A DNA stretch of 34,291 bases, taken from the IMG/VR virus record IMGVR_UViG_3300047551_001440, positions 1 through 34,291 of that record. One strand, 5' to 3'. A program made the position numbers and the translations under genes. This DNA comes from a virus. Taxonomy: Duplodnaviria > Caudoviricetes. Each line of letters starts with the position of its first letter. The stretch's first letter is position 1. The notes beneath the pieces are model-generated. The model was not told the DNA's origin. It was given only the letters and a program-made list of their open reading frames with translations, and ran no database searches. Shown piece after piece: positions 28,701-34,291 of this stretch.

Positions 28701-29329
28701 TCCTTGATGTTCTTGTAAACCTCAGGGACGTTCTGGAGGGATGATCCGGCGACGATACCGACCGCGTCGTACTTGATTGCGGTGCGTCGTGCGGCTTCGA
28801 TTCCGGCCTGTCGGATTTCATCCTGAACTTCTTTCTTGGCAAGGGCCTCTGCTCCTTGCTCTGCCACCTTCTTCTTGGCCGCAGCCTCTGCTGCTTCCTT
28901 GGCGGCAATGACCGCACCACGACTTGCCACGCCCGCGATACCACCTGTAAACAGGGATGGCAGGATGGACGGGATCAGTTCACCGACCGACTCCGTGATG
29001 TAAGTGATCGCATCGCCAACGCCCTTGACATCCTTGTAGGACGGTACGGCAGCGGCGTACTTCTCCTGAATCTTCTGTTCGGTTTCAGCGGCCTCTCGGA
29101 ACTGACGCTCCGCATACTCGTTTGCACCAAACAGCCGTCCTGCCATCGCGGGCAGGATGTCACCCATGAGGATTCCGGTCTGAAGGAATCCACGTTGCAC
29201 GGCAGGGATGAACCCGCCCTGCGGCTTCGGTGCCGCAGCGGCAGGCTCAGTCTCCAACTGAAATCCCGGTGGAAGTTGAACGCCTTTGGAAGGCTCCTCT
29301 TCAAGGACGAATCCGGGCGGCAGGGCCAT
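19715..29329 (-). CDS. Giant polyvalent virion/ejection protein (3204 aa): metallopeptidase, ART-like, HhH glycosylase-like, two ART-PolyVal-like, ParB-like and LPD38-like domains
   Basis: HESIH (aa 579); GVHFS...RIYFY; GPKLGAFYANL/TMDLW/QAALW; two MYHG...PFDY...FDSFYV repeats; GHEGRHR; C-terminal RIPIPFE...SPMKIDQIIKGYTG. Confidence 0.85.
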   Translation of the reverse strand: MALPPGFVLEEEPSKGVQLPPGFQLETEPAAAAPKPQGGFIPAVQRGFLQTGILMGDILPAMAGRLFGANEYAERQFREAAETEQKIQEKYAAAVPSYKDVKGVGDAITYITESVGELIPSILPSLFTGGIAGVASRGAVIAAKEAAEAAAKKKVAEQGAEALAKKEVQDEIRQAGIEAARRTAIKYDAVGIVAGSSLQNVPEVYKNIKDETEQESIGSALLFGGFNSLLDAALPLSILTKLRKSGIPEEQAVGAWIKRFGVGASKGFLTEGATEAAQEMSSAAAEKFVDENQEFFSEKNLERFLNAGLKGGLGGGVVSGTTDVVLGKKSLTPEMKSLDEDIRNTQSDIIARKAFLEELRAQADEEGRNRLDKDALKDLGFRKGDLYNILLNKDINDPAQAEEIKATLSAASTSPEVSRGQRQAATDALNVINEYLSTREVPDVGQVVETAGGEGVPVPVGPTDTGPAPGVEGVERTGVVPPVADVGAPVAGEGVPPAPVTPAEFKPPTTQELIAEQESVISSQMEKFQGLLQEQVKRYGLTNVGVKVIDDLKNANGVYSKGLIQLAVNTADPVRALKHESIHALKELEFFTPAQWQSLVKQANTTWIDTYLRNRDIDGNYLQPGKESRYDAYTRLFKQQGLDDAAIQESMVEEAIADAFGDFAVAKAPPGMIRALIAKMRNLFQSIKESVGMAEVTPERLFERVEKGQVSAPQKTVKQETPTQPKASLAQQGVPSPRGVIAEVAPNPDQPVSESWKQMTDEERMSATKSVANQVVGRVLDYLGFKGYKYQFSSGTYEGQRNPNVLISAPDSASAEDLSELASVLGYVLDQKAMVAFDEFNTTSDNQAGFVKVFLPKGMDDQKITQLRRHIADRVPQAEGDTLRDGALLYGNFSAYNDSIETLTDDQYRSAIVDAIESFDYDGSIDVSLPVRFHSELVWPDKREDYLEGTRYGESKYRDGAPGPDARREGRNRLQYLSEEALKLRDRWIDSRAITRSVSGGIAPQTGEPQAEYGSPREGAVSAIGVHFSQKPRDTLISGYYGTGLRGAEADRLSDAKNSDIKPRIYFYVNTGKGVRQEAGVGGVQHIVRLNNLYDVIADPLGIIKNNRGEDANDRASNLERSIMRAGFDGYLHRDPIGQQGFAVLIGRHNIPIEQKAPEGKFSLRGEVPLSTRAIMEANDEFARAELGLNIATKRGIANKVRDIGIALNEQTLREQGKMDRKKLNLLNETAIAKAIADEVAYQLTAGKRETGTGLGWYSNNYPRAVKRLGNRFPELATNRHARAVFTALVAVTSNGEKVNKNIDNAITLYSKLRSGKPLVAMGNRRATALENNLQVIQDLLAKHGTDFEKVLKQEITVKDMNAQLRAMGEEPDTSYLYNTVVPAAAVYFGPKLGAFYANLSGSEGYLTMDLWWTRSINRMRGLLIPRATDASIEKFRDMIGDPSMDRDDLVAATIPLRNKYEEFGYTTELEHLVGSKEPSKKGAKPAWFTKAQRVAGPAYDQLLYDHNLEKMANTIYKNEFEGLEEAPFTANDRDFMYRAARRAQGILRSEGIDLTLADIQAALWYYEKRLYEKLSGRKADDIGYEEAIIAQSQKTDRREGPSVVFPERDGRGDVARGEVAGATEVRGEPAQAEPTEVTPPKFSLAETRLTTPELQEAAKKSAIVDKDGNLIPMYHGTGLTFFKFRPKQAGATFVSPNPRFAQPFTSASRNWMVRHIGEFLPVSEIRPIVQELRQRVYAEYGKQSKTTMQFMDSINDTLMDAKETGVYKFKGELEDIWYDIAFSKIPEAKEQVMELYVLSERPFDYDNKEHVNTVMKNMLSDPEVKRKYGYEPAPKGVDIFAPENFMLKQTLERTPKEFQKAVNDRYKETVSLGDWSDIETPEVQRAIRKNFDSFYVSEGRTKNLGVYDITKIKSIDKNVGTFGQRPPTAEEAARVGMTEEQAVEAQKAGDIRFSLRSGRWTDKRIESLISSNMYTQNGREGDTKGYAAFIRPSDFLDATATRDYRERLETEREPLRREELANERQPITLDIRRISPDEYEITGHEGRHRMMALRDAGIEEVPVYLGLSGGSHEKSAKPKSVYLRPQSFGSQGKAIAGIRNVEMTPLSWEYRDEVKQKFGGEGEVKFSLRAPQTEAFRRWFGDSKVVDANGEPKLMYHGLAKDTTDFTRKTKRGAPIFLTDDPVFAEKFAKESQTYGFEPLTGPHIMPLFVKAENPFDYQNTRHIRRIKEELNLDDDYFWSDIRSGNWEIIELPEVQEAIQLAGFDSFYVKEEGRKNLAVYKPTQVKSAIGNVGTFEPTSPDIRFSLKSQIDPAITARTLQTTTVRQEKGFEQRITDAIAPESRSRYRAAALNRYNRLGDADKLKLARSGGAEMYADQTAESAALLSDLGAGIVAGALGVYDKIGGVPVYNRYYAVEKRVPGPQGDQFIQLGGKITDRRAAEAFAKKVGGSVKERGYVTVSNKNNTIKGPLAIFAPLAKYGDPMAYQYYQFWAGVKRGEKWMTNAQGQVVKERLFEKADIQKAEQLRQQFLKDGVDFEKIQKEWNAYNDALVEFMVDTGVLSRKQAYEFTKHGDYLPFYRQIQGDDDAVGPRIFQSIAAVKQPRKLKGGEDPLGDFLENMVRNTQAAVQAGVKNIAARRAADVGMDVRMVDKVPKGATPDPINSFYVLEDGEKVYYDTSDMLFIEAIKSLGMPDLPFIGLLAAPANVLRNLVTKDPGFMLANMMRDSLAAWTTSGVNMTPITATLANFTKTLAGQSPEFNILQMAGIIGGYDYSQGTKEAAKEFGKELRRAGGKPTAGEKAMRPFTYLWEGLEKGTQASDAATRIEVYKSTLKETGNEAEALFRALEVMNFNRKGNNPIVRVATAAIPFLNARMQGLDVLYRAGFGKNATKNAKEIQRAFWVRGMTIAALSTMYWMLTHDDEEYKRQEQETRDNNWLFPSLGIRIPIPFEVGVLFKVIPERIAALTLGDDTAKDFTKSMARNLASTLAVNPIPQTILPLVEATTNFSFFTFRPIVGQGLEGVAPGYQVGPGTSRLAEGLGGALNMSPMKIDQIIKGYTGTIGQYMSDVIDAVWDMHTDNPKASKRFEQMPVVKRFALDPDARGQVTAYYDLKNSVDEATRTANLLERSMNFEQYGQYMSENIKMFAFKDYILDLEKTMKQYRDTKNMVRSLPMDADAKRDLIRAITQIENQMTSNIQMLKKQTS

Positions 29330-29337
29330 TCATTACC

Positions 29338-31023
29338 TCACGCGGGTTGCCAAGTCTTTCCACCATCCGTGGACATGATCCGTTGACCAGTCTTTGGGTT
29401 GGATGCGTACATCGGTGCGGCAGACGATTGTGTTGGGGCCTTCTTGACCGCCCCAGGACCATAAATCATCGTCTGCAATCTATCAATCTCTTTGCGGATG
29501 TCGGAGGTCTGAGCATCGATCTCCTGCTGCATGCGCCGCTGAGACTCAAGATAGGCCCTTTGAGCCTCTGGGGTCACGGCCTGTTTACCTAACTGCATGG
29601 CGTTGTATGCCATCGTTGCCGGGTCAGTCTTGGCCCAACGGTCCTTGATCTGATCGACGGCCCGGTTGTACTCAGCGTTGTTTGCACGCAGGAGTTCGGC
29701 CATCTTCTGATCGATGCCCGTCTGGCGCATGGTGGCACGATCTGCCGCACTGGATTCCACCTGGGCACGAACCCGAGCCTCCGCGCTGTTGATCTCTGCG
29801 CGGGTCTTGGCGATCTCCAGTTCAAGCAACTTCTGCTTGCGGTTGGCGTCCACAACGGCCATGCGCTCCTTCTCTGCGTTCTGGTAGTGACCCATGTCGG
29901 TCTCGTACTTGAACTTACGCAGTGAATTGACTCGCTCGGCCTTGACGGACTCCAAGTCCATGCGGAGGTCTTCGATCTTCTCCAGGCGGTTCCGCACCCC
30001 TTCGTCATAGGCCATTGCAGAGCGAGCACCAGAGGCGAGTTCTGCCCCGATACCGCCCTGGCCCTTGATTCCACGGGCACCAAGCAGGAACTCCTTGATC
30101 CCGCCCAGGCCCTTCTCGGATTCAAGTTGTGCGGCGCGGCGGGCCAACTTTTCATCCTGACGGCGGTACATGTCCTCGTACTGACTGATCTGTTTAAGCA
30201 CCATGTCCGGGTCATTCCCGGTGGCCCTTGCGTACTGATCAGCAGCGTTCTTCTTCTCCAACGCATGTTGGACATTGCCTTCTGCGCTAGGCAGGATGGG
30301 CAACTTCGACAATTCCTGAGCGATGGTTTGCATCGCAGCAAGGTCCTTCTGAGAAGAAGAAGCCAAGCCCTCGGTCGGACGCACAGCAGGGGCGCGTTGA
30401 GCCGCGGGGAGCGTTTGAACGATGCCACCTTCGGGCGGGGCAGGCGGGGCAGGCGGCAACGCAACAGGCGCGTTTACAGACCCATACGGGACATCCTGCT
30501 CAAACCGGGCGGCTTCTTTCTCAGTGTCTTCAACGATGCGACGATCCTTCAGCACATCAGAGAGTCTTGAGCCGGAAGGTGCCATACGAGAAAGCGCATC
30601 AAGCACCCGCTCATACCCGCGCCGCTGATCCGGAGAGGACTCCATGCCGCTCCTCTCGCGCATCAATCGCTTCCACCAAGGCTCTTCCGCAACCGAGCCA
30701 TCTTGGCCTGAATAGCCAACGATGCCGCCATCGGCGTAGTTGCCCATCTGGGGGTTTAACCCCTCAATACCCGCCGGAGGGCGTTGTGCCATTGCCTGCT
30801 GCATCAGAGCCTTCTGGGCTTCTTGCATCTGCATGGCCTGAATCTGCCCGCCCAGACCAACCTGTTGGGCGATCTCGTTTACAGCAGGGGCGACCGCCTT
30901 CTGCATGAGTTGAGCCGCGACCGTGGGCTGTCCGTCCTTGGTCGTGGGTTGGAACTCACCGAATTGCGCGGCCTTGTCGAGCGTCATTGCAGCCGCGAGC
31001 GCAGGATTGATGGCGGTTTGCAT
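29338..31023 (-). CDS. Internal virion (ejection) protein
   Basis: Ala/Gln-rich coiled coil, YADGGIV motif, position upstream of the giant gene. Confidence 0.7.
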   Translation of the reverse strand: MQTAINPALAAAMTLDKAAQFGEFQPTTKDGQPTVAAQLMQKAVAPAVNEIAQQVGLGGQIQAMQMQEAQKALMQQAMAQRPPAGIEGLNPQMGNYADGGIVGYSGQDGSVAEEPWWKRLMRERSGMESSPDQRRGYERVLDALSRMAPSGSRLSDVLKDRRIVEDTEKEAARFEQDVPYGSVNAPVALPPAPPAPPEGGIVQTLPAAQRAPAVRPTEGLASSSQKDLAAMQTIAQELSKLPILPSAEGNVQHALEKKNAADQYARATGNDPDMVLKQISQYEDMYRRQDEKLARRAAQLESEKGLGGIKEFLLGARGIKGQGGIGAELASGARSAMAYDEGVRNRLEKIEDLRMDLESVKAERVNSLRKFKYETDMGHYQNAEKERMAVVDANRKQKLLELEIAKTRAEINSAEARVRAQVESSAADRATMRQTGIDQKMAELLRANNAEYNRAVDQIKDRWAKTDPATMAYNAMQLGKQAVTPEAQRAYLESQRRMQQEIDAQTSDIRKEIDRLQTMIYGPGAVKKAPTQSSAAPMYASNPKTGQRIMSTDGGKTWQPA

Positions 31024-31024
31024 A

Positions 31025-31891
31025 TCAGGCAGGCTTCGTGGTGGTGGAGGAAGACTTCTTGACAGGCTCTGTGGGGAACATGCGCTGATAAATATCCATC
31101 AAACCCCCGGTCGTGTTCATCCAGTTGCTCAGTGAACTGGGCTGTTGGTACGAGGCTGCGATGGACTGAATCGGCATCCCCTGGAGCATGGACTGTTGGA
31201 ACTGCAACTGTTTATACGGGTAATCCCGCTGTCGCTCAAATTCGGCCAGATCGGCTGCAATGCCTTCGGATTCGATGCCACGCTGTGCTGCCCCGGCGCT
31301 GCTCAACATGCCTGCCAGACCCATTCCTTGGGCCTGCTCTCGGTTGAACTGATCCATCGCCTTGTCGAAGGCGGTGGCGTACCCCTGGCCGATGGTGCTG
31401 CCCATCTGCGTCATCAGGTTGCGCTGCAACTCGGCATCCATGATGGCTTGCCGACTGCCCCCGAATGCCCCGGCCTGGGTCATCCGAGATGCGTTCTGCA
31501 TCTGCTGAATCTGAGACTGACGGCGCAGTTCTTCCAGTTGCGGCTGAAGCACGTTCTGGAGATACGGGTTCATGTACTGACCCGCGATCCCGGTCGGGGC
31601 AGTAACACCTTGCGTCGGGCCAGAGGTCGAGGCGGTGGGGAGCGTGGGCGCACCAGTCGATGTAAACGACTGACCCAGTTGTCCGGGGAAGCCGATCTTC
31701 CCCAGGCCCTCAAAGTATTGGGTCTGAAGGCTCGACGGGCCTGCGGTCAGCGGTCCACCGTATACCTGATAGGGCTGCTCGGTCAGGGCCTCTGCCTTGC
31801 CGAGCATGGAGGTCACATACGGGCCTGCCCATTCGGATAGGGTTTCCTGACGGCCAGTCTGCCCTGGTGCGACTGCGGGTGCTGTTGCCAT
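31025..31891 (-). CDS. DNA transfer/pilot-like ejection protein
   Basis: YMNPYLQNV, GAFGGSRQAI, Gln/Gly-rich. Confidence 0.7.
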   Translation of the reverse strand: MATAPAVAPGQTGRQETLSEWAGPYVTSMLGKAEALTEQPYQVYGGPLTAGPSSLQTQYFEGLGKIGFPGQLGQSFTSTGAPTLPTASTSGPTQGVTAPTGIAGQYMNPYLQNVLQPQLEELRRQSQIQQMQNASRMTQAGAFGGSRQAIMDAELQRNLMTQMGSTIGQGYATAFDKAMDQFNREQAQGMGLAGMLSSAGAAQRGIESEGIAADLAEFERQRDYPYKQLQFQQSMLQGMPIQSIAASYQQPSSLSNWMNTTGGLMDIYQRMFPTEPVKKSSSTTTKPA

Positions 31892-31900
31892 GTTTAATCC

Positions 31901-32791
31901 TCAGGCCAACTTGTTGAGTTCACGATCAGCGCCGGATGGCTTGCCGCGCTTTGATTTCTTGGCGCGAGCCTCGACACGATCAAGCATTGCGTAGAGTTTG
32001 CGGGCACCCGCATCAGACGAGCCGTTGCCGATCTCTGACACCACGCGGGCCGGGACAACGAACTCACCGTCTGCAAGGCGGGCCTCTTCACCAGAGCCTG
32101 CGAAGCGGGCAGGGATGGAGTCCGACACCCCATCACCATTGCCCTTGAGGTAACGACCACGATTGAGCATCACGATGTCGTGGCTACCACCTTGGGCGAG
32201 GGAGGCAATGCCACCGGGCATAGAGCCGCCCGCAGCCGCTCCGGGGGCCGGAGGGGGAGGAGGGGGAGGCGCAACAAGAAACTCTTCTGCCGTCTTGGGT
32301 GTGTAGCCTGCGGGCACAAACTTACCCGGAGCGAAGTAAGAGATGCCGCCCTGACCCGGACGGTAGTTCTCGGGGCGCTGTTGGGCGACCGGAGTCTGGG
32401 CGCGTTCGTAGGTGAACTTCGGGATGCCGCCTTGGTAGCCAACGGGTTGTTGCTGTTGGCTTCCGAACATCTTGTTCAGCAAGGCAGCGATGCCTCCAAA
32501 CGCCGCAAGTTGGGATAGTTGTCCATAGCCACCGCCGAACAAACTGCTGAGAGCATTACCGAAGCGCCCCTGCTCCATGTCGGTAAGGAACGTGCCCCAG
32601 GCGCCTGGAGTTCCCCATCCTGAACCGGGTGTTCCCGGCGTTACACCGGGCGGAAGGCCAGTTTCTCCAACATAACCAAAGTCATCTGTTGGAACAGTCA
32701 GTCCGGTTTCTGCACGCTCTCCACCCCCCTCTCCAGGGAGAACTTGAAGTCCATCACTGGAACCAGTCCAAGGGCTGTATTCATCGGACAT
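31901..32791 (-). CDS. Virion protein with GDGxSDSIPA...DGEFVV domain
   Basis: GNGDGVSDSIPA...ARLADGEFVVPARVVSEIGNGSSDAGA; start placed at ATG 32791. Confidence 0.7.
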   Translation of the reverse strand: MSDEYSPWTGSSDGLQVLPGEGGGERAETGLTVPTDDFGYVGETGLPPGVTPGTPGSGWGTPGAWGTFLTDMEQGRFGNALSSLFGGGYGQLSQLAAFGGIAALLNKMFGSQQQQPVGYQGGIPKFTYERAQTPVAQQRPENYRPGQGGISYFAPGKFVPAGYTPKTAEEFLVAPPPPPPPAPGAAAGGSMPGGIASLAQGGSHDIVMLNRGRYLKGNGDGVSDSIPARFAGSGEEARLADGEFVVPARVVSEIGNGSSDAGARKLYAMLDRVEARAKKSKRGKPSGADRELNKLA

Positions 32792-32792
32792 G

Positions 32793-34291
32793 TCAATCCC
32801 TTCCAATAATCTTCATCAGTTCATTGACGGTTGCCACAGGATTTTCCTCGGCAAGCGACATTAAACGGGTGTAGGCATCTTCTGCCCCATTCTCCCCGCC
32901 CTCACCCTCTAGGGCAAGTTCCACAGACCGTCGAGCCTGCTCCTTCCTTCCCTGGAAATCCGACACATCGGCCATCGATTTTGCACCTGGGCCGAACTGC
33001 AACGCACCCCTGCCGTAGAACACATCGGCCAATCCTGGCCGGAACGGTTGAACGGGGGCCTGTTGCTGCGGCTGCTGTTGGAACCGCGGCATAGCAACGG
33101 GGGCGCGAGTTGGCGTCGGCCTCGGAGTTGGCCTTGATGGCGGCTTTGGAGCAGGCGCCGGAGTCGGCGCGGGCGTGGGTGCCGGAGTAGGCGCAGGCGT
33201 AGGAGTCGGGCCTGGAGGAGGCTCGGGGGCAGGGGCAACGGGCGCCGGAGCAGGTGCAGGTGTCGGTGCGGGTGGCGGCGGTGGCGGCTCCGGTGATGGC
33301 TTAGGTGGCTCAGGCACAACTACGTTTGGCGCAGGAGCCGGGACCGGGGCAGGAGTAGGTGCCGGAGCAGGCGCCGGGGTCGGCGCAGGAGCCGGAGCAG
33401 GTGCGGGAGTCGGCGCAGGAGCCGGGGTCGGCGTGGGTGTAAACGTAGGAGCCGGAGCCGGAGCCAACACAGGCGCCGGGGCAGGGTTATACCCAACCCC
33501 GCTTTCCATGTCTTTGTTGATGGACCGGACATCCCCAATATCAATCACACCATCCCCGTTGTAATCGACGGCAGGAACACCATTCGATGAAGACGGTTCA
33601 ACACCGGACCTGACGGCACGGACGTACTCGGTGATTGAGTCTTGGACCCGTGAAGCCAGGGATGGCGCAGGCGGCGCAACTTCAGCAGGAGCGGGTGCCG
33701 CAACAGGTGCCGCACCAACATCCGCTGCGGTCAGCACATTCCCATCCTGATCAATGGCAACCACTGTCTCCGGCGCAATTATTGGTGCAGGAGCGGGGGT
33801 TGGCGTCGGGGTCGGCGCAGCAGCAGGCTCAGGCGCAGGTGCAGGCGCGGGAGTGGGCGCAGGACTGGGCGCAGGCGTAGGAGCCGGGGTGGGTGTCGGC
33901 GCGGGACTCGGTGTTGGCGCAGGGCTAGGTGCAGGCGTTGGCGCAGGCGTCGGTGCGGGCGTCGGTGCCGTAGTAGGCGCAGGAGCCGGAGTGGGCGCCG
34001 GAGATGGTGCGGGTGTCGGAGCAGGTGCAGGCTCAGGCGCCGGAGCGGGGGTCGGTGCCGGAGTGGGTGCAGGCGTCGGCGCCGGAGTTGGTGCCGGAGC
34101 AGGTGTAGGAGCGGGCGCAGGACTAGGCGCAGGTGATGGGGCCGGGCTAGGCGTAGGAGCCGGACTCGGTGCGGGTGCAGGGCTTGGAGCCGGAGCAGGT
34201 CCAGGCGCAGGTCCAGGCGCAGGTGCGGGCGATGGTGCTCCAATCCCTGCTCCGGTTCCCGCTCCAGTGCCTGTTCCAGTGCCTGTTCCAG
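32793..34291 (-). CDS. Pro/Ala/Thr-repeat virion protein, 5'-truncated by the window edge
   Basis: The frame of the listed ORF stays open upstream of 33764 through (PA/PT)n and GTGTG repeats to the edge. Confidence 0.7.
   Translation of the reverse strand, partial: GTGTGTGTGAGTGAGIGAPSPAPAPGPAPGPAPAPSPAPAPSPAPTPSPAPSPAPSPAPAPTPAPAPTPAPTPAPTPAPTPAPAPEPAPAPTPAPSPAPTPAPAPTTAPTPAPTPAPTPAPSPAPTPSPAPTPTPAPTPAPSPAPTPAPAPAPEPAAAPTPTPTPAPAPIIAPETVVAIDQDGNVLTAADVGAAPVAAPAPAEVAPPAPSLASRVQDSITEYVRAVRSGVEPSSSNGVPAVDYNGDGVIDIGDVRSINKDMESGVGYNPAPAPVLAPAPAPTFTPTPTPAPAPTPAPAPAPAPTPAPAPAPTPAPVPAPAPNVVVPEPPKPSPEPPPPPPAPTPAPAPAPVAPAPEPPPGPTPTPAPTPAPTPAPTPAPAPKPPSRPTPRPTPTRAPVAMPRFQQQPQQQAPVQPFRPGLADVFYGRGALQFGPGAKSMADVSDFQGRKEQARRSVELALEGEGGENGAEDAYTRLMSLAEENPVATVNELMKIIGRD

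Noticed and set aside
33175-34243. Gly-Ala repeat (+) and Arg/Leu/His-rich (-) ORFs
   Set aside because: Alternative frames of the Pro-Ala repeat gene.

Overview
About 34 kb of a GC-rich (~60%) tailed dsDNA phage genome, probably podovirus-like; the host cannot be determined from sequence. Layout: (i) terminase small subunit (-) followed by a non-coding array of DnaA boxes; (ii) a rightward early region (1.2-9.0 kb) with sigma70-like promoters, small genes, DUF6011, a SprT-like protease and a MoxR/CobS-like AAA+ / CobT-like VWA pair; (iii) a leftward replication block (T7/Twinkle-like primase-helicase, HNH, PD-(D/E)XK nuclease, RusA); (iv) a rightward recombination and accessory block (Cas4-like exonuclease, Sak-like SSAP, SSB, RHH proteins, glycosyltransferase, DUF1364); (v) leftward virion/ejection genes including a 3204-aa polyvalent protein. 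No integrase, DNA polymerase, capsid or lysis gene was recognised in the window. Most notable: a back-to-back promoter pair at ~12.2 kb predicted to drive a C4-like structured RNA leftward and a ~75-nt RNA rightward whose free segment is complementary to the ribosome-binding sites of several phage genes; recurrent [KR]FSL junctions between the effector domains of the giant protein; the DnaA-box array; and a genome-wide excess of GTTTACA/GTTTAAC. All family calls come from motif recognition by eye, not database searches.
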